From: Neocallimastix sp. 'constans'
Taxonomy: Eukaryota
Reading direction: 5' to 3'
Assembly: GCA_050613775.1 (NCBI GenBank)
Contig: JBODTK010000114.1
Coordinates: 186,001-250,000 of the forward strand
Length of the DNA: 64,000 nucleotides
Part shown: piece by piece, positions 25,958 through 40,657 of the stretch
Layout: each line of letters opens with the position of its first letter
How positions within the stretch are numbered: the first letter of the stretch is position 1
Made by a program: the position numbers and the translations under genes
Notes under the pieces: generated by a model
Database searches by the model: none
What the model saw: the letters and a program-made list of their open reading frames with translations, nothing else
Told to the model about the DNA's origin: nothing

Positions 25958-28900
25958 GAAAAAAACAATGATCGATCACCATTTGGCTATTTTTTCCAAT
26001 TTTTTTTTTTTTTTTTTTTTTAATTATTAATTAATTTTCTTAAATAGAATTAATTAATTTAAATAAAAATTTCCTGATTTTTTTTTTTTTTTCTTTTACC
26101 CCTTATTTATTTTAATTTTATTTATTTTTTCTTTATTATATATAATATTATATATAATATATAATATATATTATTATTATTTTTACTTTATGATAGTCCG
26201 TTAAAGTAAAGATAATATACTTTACGGAAATAAAAAAAAAAAAAAAAAAAAAAAAAGGAATTTTCTTATTTAGGTTTTAGTTTTTTTTCTTATCTTTTAC
26301 TTTTTTTTTTTTTTTTTATATGAAATTCATTCATAAATCTTATTTAATGATAAATAATTTATTATAAGATTTAAAGGTGACGTGAACAATATTCACAAAT
26401 AAATAATATAAATAATTTAATAATTAATAATGGAATATTCATAACAACAACAATAATAATAATGGAATAATAATAATAAATAATATTAATAATGGAATAT
26501 TCATAATAATAATAATAATAATAATGGAATAATAATAATAAAAAAGAAAAGAAATTAAAATGATTATCAATAGAAAATATAAAAATAAATGATATAATAA
26601 AATTAAATAAAAATAATATCATTAAATAAATAACTAAAATACATAATAAATAATAAATAAATAAATAACTAAAAATACATAATAAATAATAAATAAATAA
26701 ATAAATAAAATAGATTAAAGAATAATAGAAATTAAGACAATTTATATTATTAAATAAATAAAAAAATAATAAAAAAAAAAAGTAATGATTTAATTTATAT
26801 ATTGTGTTCTTTTTTTTTTTTTTGCTTTAAATATAATAAAAATATATGAATCAATAAAGAGAATATATATACTATTTTAATATTTTTAAATATATATTGT
26901 ATTAATCCTTTTATTTGTTATTTATCTTTGATTTCAATTTTATATATATATATATACATATTAAATATCGGAAAAAACTTTAATTAAATAAGAATGAAAA
27001 TAAAAATAAAAAAAAAAAAAATAGTTTATTTCTTAAAGTATAAATATTAAATATAAAAATAGAATTTTTTTGTTTAAAAAAAATTATATTATATTAAAAT
27101 AATTTAATTTGTTTTATAAATTTTTTTATTTTAAAAAAAAAAATAAAATAAAAAAAAAAAAATAAAAAAATATAAAATAAAAAAAATGAATAGAACAATT
27201 TTAATCTATATTAAAAAAAATTTTTTTTTAAATTTTTTTTTAATTTATATTTAATTTATTTTTAATTTAAAATTAAAAATTTTTTGTTATATATAAAGAA
27301 GGTCAACATTTAGCCAAATTTAGCCAAAAGGGACCTTCAATATTTTTATTTTTTATTTTATTTTTATTTTTATTTTTATTTTTATTTTTATTTTGTTTTT
27401 TATTTTGTTTTTTTTTATTTTATTTTTATTTTTATTTTGTTTTTTATTTTGTTTTGTTTTATTTTATTTTGTTTTCTTATTTTATTTTTATTTTGTTTTG
27501 TTTTATTTTATTTTGTTTTCTTATTTTATTTTTATTTTTATTTTTACTTTTATTTATTTATTATTATTTTATTTGATTAAAAGAGAAATCATCAATCATT
27601 ATCATGTAAACTAAAAAAAAATAAAACAAAATAAAAGTAAAACTTTTAAAAAAAAAAAAAAAAAGAAAGAAAAAACTGAAAATTAATAATAACCAAGAAA
27701 AAAAAATTTTTTAAAAAAAAAGGGGGGATACAAAATAAAATAAAACAAAACAAAACAAAACAAAAAAATGAAAACATGAACAAAAAAAAAAAAAAAAAAA
27801 AAAAAACAATAATAATAATAAAAAATATACCGCTAAATTCAAAAAAAAAAAATTAATAATAATAATAAATAATAATAAATAATAATATATTTATATATTT
27901 TAATAACTGTTACAGCAATCTTGACTAATTATTTTTTATATATATTATTATTATATTATTATAAAATAGATAGAATTTATATGTATATATTATGTTTATT
28001 TTGTTTATTTTAATGTTTTTTTTTTATTATTTTATTAATATTTATTTAAGGATGTTGATTTATTTTTTAATAAAAAAAATTTTTTTTTTGTACAAGATGA
28101 AAAAAAAAAATAAAAGAATTTTTTTTATAAATGTTTATTTAATATTGTTTATGTTTTTATTATTTATGCTATTTATATCTATCTATCTATTATTTTATTT
28201 TATCTTTGTATTTTATTATTATTATTATTATTATACTTTATATATATATATATTTAAATAATCATCAAAATAAAAAATACAAAATAAAAAAAAAAAAATA
28301 CAAATCTAGATTTTTTTTTTATTATTTCAATAATTATATTTTTGACTTTCCATGTGACATGACATAATATGACATTAAACCTCAAAAGGTTTTAATTTTA
28401 ATTATTATATAAAAAAAAAAAAAAGGAAAAAAAAAAAATAAATAAAAATAATAAATAAATAATATTAAATAATAATTAATAAAATTTATAAGAAATAAAT
28501 AAATAAATAATAAACAAAAAAAATTATAAAAAATAATAAATAATAAATAATAAAATTTATAAGTGATAAATAAATAAAAAAAATAATAAATAATAAATAA
28601 TAAAATTTATAAATAATGAACAAATAAATATACAATAAAATTTATAAATAATAAATAATAAAATCTATAAATAATAAATAATAAATAATAAATAAATAAA
28701 TTTAAAATAATAGATAAATAATTCTTTGTAATAGATTCAATATAATAAAATTCATATATTCATTACATTTCCTAAATAGACTAATATAAATAAATAGTAA
28801 TCTAATTTAATAATAAAATAACGAGTGGAAAATTATTATTTTTTTTAAAAAAAAAAAAAGAAAATAAATTAAATTTATTTAAAGTATATAAATATAAAAT

Positions 28901-29669
28901 GTAAATATACAAAATATGTATATATAATATAAATATATAAATTATAAATATACAAAATATAAACATGTATATATTGAGTACAATATATTCATTTTAAATT
29001 GGGTAAACATATTGTATTCTGGTAAAAAAAAATTATTATCATGATGAATAAATAAATAAAAAAAAAATTAAAGGAAAAATAATGCATATAAAATAGAATA
29101 AAATATAATAAAATAGAATAAAATAAAATAGAATATATATAATAGAATAAAATATATATAATAAAATAGAATAAAATAAAATAAAATTATTAATATTAAT
29201 AAAAAATAAATGGATAGATTATTATTAAATAAAAATATATATATTTTATAATGGCTATTAAAAAAAACAATGGGGTTATTTTTATTATTTTTTTTTTTTT
29301 TGTATTATAAAAAAAAAAAAAAAATTAAAAACAATAATAAAAAAATTAAATCAAAGAGTTATTTTCTAATGGAAGATCCACAGTGAATCTTTTTTTTTTT
29401 TTTTTTTAATATTCTTTTTTAATGTTCTTTTTTAATATTCTTTTTTAATATATGTTTTTTTTTTTAATGATATGTTAAACAAACATGTCATTCGCTTAAA
29501 ATAAAATAAAATAAATAGTTGAAATATAAATATGAAGTACAGATAAAGAAAAAAATAAAATTAAATAAAATAAATATTTTAAATATAATAATAAATATTT
29601 TAAAATATTTGGCTAGTGAAAAAAGAGAGGAGGGGAAGAGAATATTTACATAAATATAAATAAAAAATA

Positions 29670-29712
<43 letters not shown>

Positions 29713-30162
29713 CTTTTTATCGATCTATTTATCTATTTATAGATAAAAGAAAGGAAAGTAGGATTTATTTATTCATTTGGATTTTATTTATGGATAAAAG
29801 AAAGGAAAATAGGATTTATTTATTCATTTGGATCTTTTTTTTTTTTTTAATTTTAATTTTTAATAATGGGTATAGATAAAGGTTAAAATCAATTTAATTT
29901 TTTAAATCAAATAATTATTTCATTTCATATTTAATTTTATTAATTTATTTACTTATTATTAATTTTTTTTTTTTAATTATATATTATTATTATTATTTTT
30001 TTCTTTTTAATTATTAATTCTTCATTTATCCTAAATAATTAGGACTCCACATCCATAATAATACTATATATGTAATAAAATAATATAATAATTATTCTTA
30101 TGAAGAATTAAAATAAAAAATAATAATAATATCCATTTTTAAATTTGTTTTAAAATAATATT

Positions 30163-30199
<37 letters not shown>

Positions 30200-30325
30200 G
30201 GAATTCCTTTAATTAATGAATAAAACCTTTTTTTTTTTTTTTTAAACTTTTATTTTATTTTTATTCTATTTTTAATTTTTTCTGATTAAACTTTATAAAA
30301 TAATTTTTTAAAAATAATAATAACA

Positions 30326-30357
<32 letters not shown>

Positions 30358-30365
30358 TATTAATA

Positions 30366-30401
<36 letters not shown>

Positions 30402-30589
30402 TCAGGGCATTAAATCATACTCAATTATCTTTTTTTTTTTAATGAAAAATTATTTCTTTAAATCTTAAATAATAATAATAATGATAAAAAAATTTTTTTT
30501 TCAAACATTGACATTGTATTTATTAATTAGATTCATTTTTTCTCCTTTTTTATATTATTATTTTTATTATAATTACCAAAGATTTGATT

Positions 30590-30620
<31 letters not shown>

Positions 30621-31568
30621 CAATAACAATAACATAAATAAACGGATGACCGTTTAAGTATAAAAAAAAAATTTTTAAATTTTATTATTATTTTTATTGT
30701 CATGTTTTAAAACTTGATTTTAAATTTTATTTATTTTTAAAACATTTTTTTTTTAAAAAAAACTTTTTTCATTGGTACTAACTTTTATGTTTAAAATATC
30801 TAAAAAAAAAAAAAAAATAAAAAAAAAAAATAAATAAAAATATATATATATATATATTTATAATTTTTAATGATTTATTTTATTATTATCAAAGTTATTT
30901 TAAACATAAAATAGATGTATTCAATGGATTTGATATAAAATAAATATAAATATAATTTTGTATCCCTAAATTATATTCCTTTTCTTTTCTTTACCTTTTT
31001 TTTTCTTTTCTTTTCTTTTTTTTTTAAAAGCTTTAAAACAAAATTTCTAAAATTATAAATATATATATAAATAATAATAAAATAAAGTAATAAAATAATA
31101 AAATAAAAATAAACATTTAATACTTAATAATTCTTATAATTCATTATTATTATTATTTTCATTCCATTGTACATTATCTAATGATTAAAATAGTTTATTA
31201 ATTTTAAAACATCCACATTTTTTTTTTTATTTTATTATTTTATTATTCAACAATCAAAAAAAAAAAAAAAAAAAAAAAAAACCCAAATATTATTTATAAT
31301 ATAAATGTTAATATAATATGATAAAACTAATTTATATTGAAACCTAATCTTTCATCTATAAATTAAAAAATATATTAAATATATTATTAATCGATGCTAG
31401 GCTTCACTTTGAATTTTATTTATACATTAAAGTTTAAAAAAATAAAACATAAAAACTTTAATTTTAATTTTTTTTATTATTTTTAATATAATTTTTAATA
31501 TGGCAGGTTAAATCCTCAAATGTTTGGAATTGTTTAAAAATAAAAAAAAAAAATAAATATTTAAATTA

Positions 31569-31685
31569 AAAATAAAATAAAATAAAATAAAATAAAATAA
31601 AATAAAATAAAATAAAATAAAATAAAATAAAATAAAATAAAATAAAATAAAATAAAATAAAATAAAATAAAATAAAATTAAAATA
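31569..31685. repeat. (TAAAA)n microsatellite
   Basis: Perfect pentanucleotide run. Confidence 0.95.
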
Positions 31686-32592
31686 AAAAATAATAATAAA
31701 AAAAAAAAGATTTTAATCTTATTAGATTATATTAAATTTACGAAAATAAATAAATAATTAATTAATTAATTAATTAAAAAAAAAGAAAGAAAATTTTATT
31801 TTCTTAATTTATTTTCGTTCTTTCTTTTCGTTCTTTTAATAGATCTTTTCATTTATTTATTTATTTACTATATGAAATAAAATAAATTAATAAAAAAAAA
31901 AAAATAAATAAAAAGTATATTCATTTTATTTGTGTTTTTTGTTTTTTTAATACATTTTTCATTATTTATTTTAATTAAGAATTAAAATTAATCTATTATA
32001 AAAACATTAATTTAAAAAAAAAAGAAGTCTAGAAACTTATTTATTTATTTATTTTAATAAAAATAATTTTTTTTTTCTTTTTCTTTTTTTTTTTTATTTT
32101 ATTTAATTGTTAATATTTAAATTAAAATGAATTCATGATCTTCTATTTCAATTAAAAACTTTAGAATTTAAATTTTTTAATAATATATTTTAACCTTTTC
32201 ATTTGTAGTTACACATACATATATTTATATGTCTATTATTTTTTTGTTAAGATATATATATATTTTTTTTAAAAAAAATTATATTAAACCTTTTAATATG
32301 AATTTGTCAAAAATAAAAAATAAAAAATAAAAAGACGATAAATATTTATTATAATGAACAATTAAAAAAAATTTTTTTATTTTTCTTTTATTTCTTTTAT
32401 CTTTATTTTTTTCCCTTAAAAAATTGTTTATCAAAAAAAAATTTTTTTTTATTTAATTTATTGAAAGTTATATTATTATCTAATTTAATGGTATATAATA
32501 TAATAATAATATAATAATTGGTCATATGTTTTTCTACTAATGAATGATTCATTTAAATGACCTAGAAGAAATAATTTTAATAAAATAAAAAA

Positions 32593-32625
<33 letters not shown>

Positions 32626-33231
32626 AGGAAAAAAAAAAAATTAATAATAATAAAATGGGCTAATTTTATAATTTTATTTTGTTTTATGCATATATATATC
32701 TTTATATCTTATTTTTTTATTTTTTTATTAATTTTCTAGAATGGGAAATAAAAAAAAATGGAAAAAAAATTATGGATATTTTTTTTTTATTAAGAATAAA
32801 TTATGATTATTATTATTCTTATTAATTTTTATAATATTTATATAATTTTATATTTTAATAATTTTTTTTTTTTTTAATTTTATATATTATGTATATATTT
32901 TATTATTATATTTATTTTGTATTCAGATTTTATAATTTATATTTTGTATTTAATATTTTGTATTTAATATTTTGTATTTAATATTTTGTATTTAATATTT
33001 TATTTTATATTTCTATATTTTCATATTTCTATAGTTAATGTGGTTATCCCTGACATTAATGGATTAATTTTTATAATTAATATTTTCTAAAAAAGGATAA
33101 AAATGAAATTTTATTTTTTAGAGTTGTTCATCGAATTTTTTAAATTTTTTTTTTTTTTTTTGTAATTGTTTGATGGTACACAAAAATAATTAATTAGTTT
33201 ATTAATTAATTAATAAATTAATAATAATAAG

Positions 33232-33265
<34 letters not shown>

Positions 33266-33973
33266 AATAGAATATGTGAAATATTTTTATTTTTTTATAA
33301 TTTTTATTATAAATTATAAATATTAATTTATTTACACTATTATTTATACATTTATTTAATTTTATCCAATACAAAAAAAATTTTTTAATATAATAAATAA
33401 TTAATATATTAAAAAACTTTTATTTTTTTTATTTTTAATATTAGATTTAGTATTCAAAAAAACAAAAAAAAAACAATAAAAACAAAAAACAAAATACAAA
33501 ATAAAATATATATATATATATAAAGAAATTAATTTTTTTTTCCATCTTGTGGATAAAGTTATTAAGTCTTAAAAAAAAAATATACATAAAAAATAAAATA
33601 AAAAAAATAAATAAATATTTTTAGGAACATTAATAAATTAAAAATAAAAATAAAAATAAAAATAAAAATACACTAAATAAATAAATAAATAAATAAATAA
33701 AGAATTAATGATTTGGGAGGGTTATTTTTAAATTAAATCACTAAATTGGAAATGAAAAGTATTAAAGTGAAGTAAAAAAATATATATTTATATATATTTT
33801 TATTTATTTATTTATTTATTAAAATGAATCAGTATTTGATAACTTAATAATAACTGTTTGTAAAAAATAAAAATTTATTTAATTCAATAGTTTACGAAAA
33901 AGAAAAATGAGTTATCGTTTACACCTCATTTAACTTTTTTTTTTATTTTTTAAAAAAAAATAAAAAATAATTA

Positions 33974-34014
<41 letters not shown>

Positions 34015-37000
34015 TTAAATATAAATGGCATAATATTTATAAAAAAATTTTTTTTACATATTTATATTATTTAAAATATATATATATATATTTTATTATT
34101 ATAATTTTTAAATTGTTGATTATCTAAATTAATTAATAATTAATTAATTAGGTTTCAATAATTACATATCTAGTTTTTTTTTTTCATTGTTCCATGGAAT
34201 AGCCATCTAAAACGATGACCTCCTCCTCTTTTTTTTTTTTTTTTTTTTAATTTATATCCACACTCAACACAAAAAAAAAAAAAAAAATTAAAAAAAAAAA
34301 AAATTTTTTTTACGATAATTGATCAATAAATATAATTAAATTAATAAATAAATCAAAAGATTAAATAAAAAAAATATTAAATTATTAAATATAAAATATA
34401 AAAAAAAAATATTTAATATTTAATATTTAATATTAAATTTAAAGTATTAAATATTAAATGTTTAATAATTTAATATTTAAAATTTATTATTTAATATTTT
34501 ATATTTAATAATTTAATATTATGTATCAATATGAATATTAAATATTAAATATTAAAAAGTAAATTTTAAATATTAAATTATTCAATGTTAAAATATTGAA
34601 TTATTCAATGTTAAATAGTATATCGTAAATTTTAAATATTAAATTATTTAATATTTAATATTTTAATATTTAAAATTGAATAATTAAATATTAAATATTA
34701 TGTATAAATATAAATATAAATTATTAAATATTAATTATAAATTATAAAATATGGACCATAAAATATTAAAACATAAAACATTAAAATATTAAATTATAAA
34801 ATTTTAAATAAATGGTATAAAACTATTAGATATTTAATATTAAATAAATATAAAATGTAAAACATAAAAAAAAAAAAAAATTAAAAACGTAAAAAATATT
34901 AAAAACATAAAATAAATATTAAAAACATAAAATAAATATTAAAAACATAAAATAAATATTAAAAACATAAAATAAATATTAAAAAATATTAAAAAAAAAA
35001 AAAAAACATAGAAAGATTAAGAAAGATAATACAAATAAAATGTAAAAGATTAAAGTAATAAACACAATTAATATCAAATCATAAATTATTAATATTGAAC
35101 CAAATAAATATTAAATAAAAAACTAGGTAAAAAAAAAATTATCTTGTTATTTAGGTTATTTATAGATAAAATAAAAATATAAATAGAAATAAAAATATAA
35201 AAAAAAGTAATAATAAATAAAATAAAAAAAATAATCAATAAAATAGAATAAAATAAAATATTTGCTTTATAGATTAGAAAAATAATAAATAAATATTTCT
35301 TTTTTATATATATTATACCATTTCTTAATTTTTTTTTTTAATCTATTTCAATTTTTTTTTATATTTAAAAATTCCAAAATTTTGTTTTATTTTATTTTCT
35401 ATATATATTGCAAATTGCAAATATATTGCAATATAAATATAAATAATTGAAGAATGTATATAGATATATTATAATATATACTTTAATAAATTCTATAATA
35501 TATTATTATGTAGTAATAACATATAATTCAATATATTATAATATAATAAATCAAATATATTCAAAGAAGTTCATGTAAAAATTGATTTAAAAAGTAAAAG
35601 TAAAAAAAAAAAAAAAAATAAATATTGAAAAAAAAAAAATAAAATTAGAAGATAATAATTAAAAAATTTTTTTTTTCTTTTGACCTTTCCTATGACTTTT
35701 TTAAATCAGTCATGTGAGGTCTAGACTCTTTTTTTTTTTTTTTTTTGGAAAAAAAGAAAAAAAGAATAAAATAAAATAAAATGCATTAAACTAAAATGAA
35801 GATTAAAAGATTAAAATTATTTTAGAATATTTACAGAGATAGAACATAATAATTTTTTTTTTTTTATTTTATTTTTTTATTTTTTATTTTTTATTTTTTT
35901 TTTTTTACTTTAAAAATACTTTTATTAATAGAATAATATTATTCATTCTTCATACTAATAATGCACTAATAATATTATTCATAGTTTTAAAATTTAAAGT
36001 TTTTTTTTTTTTCTTTTTTTTTTTTTTGGTAGATTTTTCCTTTTTTTTAATTTTTTTTTTTAAATATTGAAATTAATTATGTAATAAATTTCCAAAAAAA
36101 AAAAAAAAAAAATTAAAAAAAAAAAAATGAATTTTAAACAAAAAATTATAAATTTAATTTTTTTTTTTTTTGGCTATTTTAACATTTTCTATTTTCTATT
36201 TTCATTAATATAAACTATTTATTTGTGGTACTAATTAATTAAAAAAAAAAAAAAAATTAAAAAAAATTTTTTTTTAAACAATAAATGTTTAAAATTAAAA
36301 ATTAAAATCCCCTCATTTCATTTCATTTCATTTCATTTTTTCTTCTTCTTCTTCTTATTATTCTTCTTATTTAATTTTATTATTGACCCATTGGAATGAT
36401 TACACATATAAATTAAATGGTCATACCTTTTTATTTATTTTTATTTTATTTATTATAATTTTATTTTAATTTTCTAATTTTCAATTTTAATTTTATTATT
36501 ATTTTTGGTTTAATAAATAAAAGAAAAGATAAAATGATTTATAAAAAATTATTGAAAAGGGAATTATTTTTTTTTTTTTTTTTAATCTTTAATTTAATAT
36601 TATTTTAAATAAGTTACCTTTACAATACTCATAATATATAATATAAATTATTTATTTTTAAGTAAATAAATAAATAATTAAAAAATAAATGAATATAATA
36701 TTATATAACTAAGTAAATAAATAAAAAAATAAATATTTTTAGTTCTAGACTTTTTTTTTTTTTTTTTTTTTTTTACTTAATAAAGATTTAGAATGAATAA
36801 ATTTTATTCATTCTAAATTTTTATTAATAAATATATATATTTTATTAATATTTATATTATTAATATTTAAATTTATTAATATTTAATAATATATAATAAT
36901 ATATAATGATAATATTTAATATTTAATAATATTTATATTGCTTATGGACTAAGTAGAAAAAAAAAAAAGATATTACAATAAAATAAAAAATAAATCATTA

Positions 37001-40000
37001 AATAGAAACAATAATTAAAATAATGATTAAAAACTAATGATTAAAAATAAAAATAAAAAATTTTTAAAAAAGTTATAATAAAGCCAAATAAAATAAAATA
37101 AAATAAAATAAAAAGAGATTGAAATATATAAATGATTTGTTATATATTTAAATAAAAAATTTTTTAAGAACTTTTTTTTTTTTTTTTTTTTTTTTTTATG
37201 TATATTATTATTATTAATAATATTAATAAAATAAAAAATAATAAAATAAAAATTAATATAAAAAATATTTTTTTTTTTTAAAAAATTACCAAAAAAAAAA
37301 AAAAAATGTACATTTGGGAATTTTTTTTTCTTTTTTAATTTTTTCCTATTTTAATATCTTTCAATAATAATTGTAATATTTACCAGATTTTTTTTTTTTA
37401 AAATTTCTTTTTTTAGGCAAATAATACAAAACCACTATAATAAATTAAATAATAAAATATTTATTTTATTTTATTTTATTTTATTTTATTTTATTTTTAT
37501 TTTATATGTATTTTATAAGACAGGCTAATTTTTAAATTTTTTTTTTATATAAAAATATTTAAAAAATTTTTTTTTTAAAAAAAAAGAATAAAATAAAAAA
37601 TAAATAAAGAATAAAAATTTTTAAAAAAAATTTTTATTTATATTTTTATAGATAGAAAGGATTGAATATGTTTTATATTTCATTTCAAAATCATGCTTTC
37701 CGTCCAAAAAAAAAAAGTTATATATATATATCAAAAAAAAAAAAAAAAATTAAAAAAAAAAGTTAAATAATAAAAAAATTTAATTATTAAATATAATATA
37801 GATAGAGTATAATGTATTCTATTTATTCCATTGTAATTATATATTTATTTTATTATTAATATATTAGTGTATTAATATATAATATATTATTTATTATTTA
37901 TTTATGTATATAAATTTTTTTTGAGTAAAAACTCATATATTCATTTAATGAGACAAAACAAATTTTATTTTACAAAATTTAGGGAAAAAGAAAAATAAAT
38001 AAATAAATAAATATAATTAGATATAAATAAATATAAATAAATAAATATAAATAAATAAAGATAAAACTTAAAATATTTTTTTTTCTAAAAACGTTCAATT
38101 TTTATATAAAAACTTTAATAATTAATATTTGAAATTGTTTTTAATATATATATAAATATATATATATTAATATTTTTTTTTTTATTTTATTCTTATTGTG
38201 TTAATTTAAAATTACTATATTAATATTAATATAGATTTAGTTAAATGTGTATAGAAGTGAAATAGAATTCTATTTTTTTTTCATTTAGATGCAAATAAAT
38301 AAAATTTAATTAATTTATATTAAATAAAGTTTTAATAGATAAAATAAAGTTATACCTATAATTAATTGATTTTTTAATATAAAATAATATAAATTAAAGT
38401 TATTTATGATTTACAATTAATTGGCGAAATTTGTTAATATATGGTAATATATGTATATAATACTAAACAATATATTTATTATAATGATTTTTACATATAT
38501 TTTATTATAATGAAATAATTAATTCATTTATTTATTATTTTGGCATTAAAACCTTTTTTTTTTTATTTTCTTTTCATCGATGATATAAATTAATGTATGA
38601 GGGTTTTCCTTTTTTTTTTTTTACTTTATATTTTTCATTTAATAATATATTATACAACTATATTTATATATATGAATCCATATATACATCTAATTAAAAT
38701 ATATGCTACCGTAATTATAATCGGAAGAAACTAAATATAAATTTTATTTTTAATTTATTTCAAAAAAAAAAAAATAGATTTTCTTTTATTTTCTAAAAAA
38801 AAAACAAAAAACCAAAAAAAAAAATTACAAAAAACAAAAAGACACACATATATACACAAAAAAAAAAAATATTAATATATTATTATTATATTAATTAATT
38901 TTTTAAAAATAAAATAAAATAAAATATAATAAAATAAAATAAAAAGTAGAATATTAAATAAGAAAGTACAGATGGAATAAAATAAAATAAAATAAAATAA
39001 AATAAAATAAAAATAAAAATAAAAGACAAAAAAAAGCAAAAATAAATGAACAAAATAAATAAATAATAATAAATAGATAACTAAATAAATTAAAAAAAAT
39101 CATTTGTTAATGATTTAAATTGAATCAATGAAAATTAAATATATGTTAAAATAATCTAGAATTAACATGTTTTATAATATATTAATATTACGGCAAAGTA
39201 GATGATGAAATAGTTGAAGTAATTTATATATTTTATTATTATGTAAATAAATTACTAATTTAATAAATAACTAATTAAATAAAAAACTAAATAACTAAAT
39301 AACTAAATAACTAAATAACAATTAACTAATTATCTAAATAAATAAATAAATAAGATAATAAATAAATAAGTAAATCAATAAATTAGTCATTTTATTTTTA
39401 AAATTATATATATTATTTTGAAATAAACCTTAAAAAATTTCTATAAAAATTAAAAATAAATAAATAAATAACTAAATAAATAAACCTTATAAAAATTTAT
39501 TATAAAATTTTACTTTTAAAAAAAATTTGAAATTTTTTATTTTTTATTAAATATAATTTATTATAATATATGTTTCAATTTATTTTTAAAGTATATTTTA
39601 ATTTAGTTCTACGACATTACTATTTTTATATAAAATAAAGTTTATTAATAAAAAGAAAAAACTAATTTTTATTTTATTTTTCATTATTTTTTATTTATTA
39701 TTGAATTGTTATAAAAAAATTAAAAATAATTAAATAGTATTTTAATATATTATTATTATAATTAATTATTAATTTAATTATCATTAAAATAAATTAGAAT
39801 AAATAAATAAATAAATAAAAGTTTTTTAATGATGATTTAAATCTAATATAATTTAGGGTATTTTAATTAAAGACAAAAAAAAAAAAAAAAAAAAAAGGTA
39901 TAAATATAAATATAAAGTACTTTTTTTTTTTTTTTTTTAATATTTTTTTTTCTTTTAATGTAAATTTTTAAAGTAACTAGAAAAAATAAAAAAAATTTTT

Positions 40001-40657
40001 TTTCATAAAAATAATAGTAATATAATAGTTTTATTGTAAAAAAAAAAAAAAGAAATTTATTTTTTGTATGTTTAAAAAATTCATATTCCATTTTTAATTT
40101 GGTTTATAATTTTATTATTATTTTTTTTTAAATAAATTTAAAAAAAAAAGAAAGAATAGTTATATGAAAATATATTAATAAAAAAGAAAAAAAAGTAATT
40201 TTTTTTTATTCGATATAAGATATAAAATACTACAAAACGTTACTTTATTCAAAAAATATTTATTTTTACTACAAAACGTTACTTTATTCAAAAAATATTT
40301 ATTTTTAAGAATAATAATTTAAGAAGAAAAAAAAATTTTTTTATTTAAAAAAAAAAAAAAACTTTATTAAAATATATATATATTTTTTTTAAAAAAGGTA
40401 AAATATCTTGATATGTCTTGTGCTTAATTGCATCTGATATATTAAATATAATAATTATGAAATAAATAAGAATAATATTAAAAAAAAAAAAAAAAAGAAT
40501 ATTCACTTATTCATATAAAATATTATATGTATAAAAAAAAAATATATATATATATATAAATATATATCTTGATATATAATTTTTATTTTTTATGTATCAC
40601 TCTACTTAATAAAAAAAAAAAATTATTGAAAAAATTTTTTTTTTAAAGAATAATATA

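Noticed and set aside
16408..40091. Many 60-90 aa I/Y/F/L/K-rich ORFs in the desert
   Set aside because: Low-complexity translations of AT microsatellites with no coding signature.
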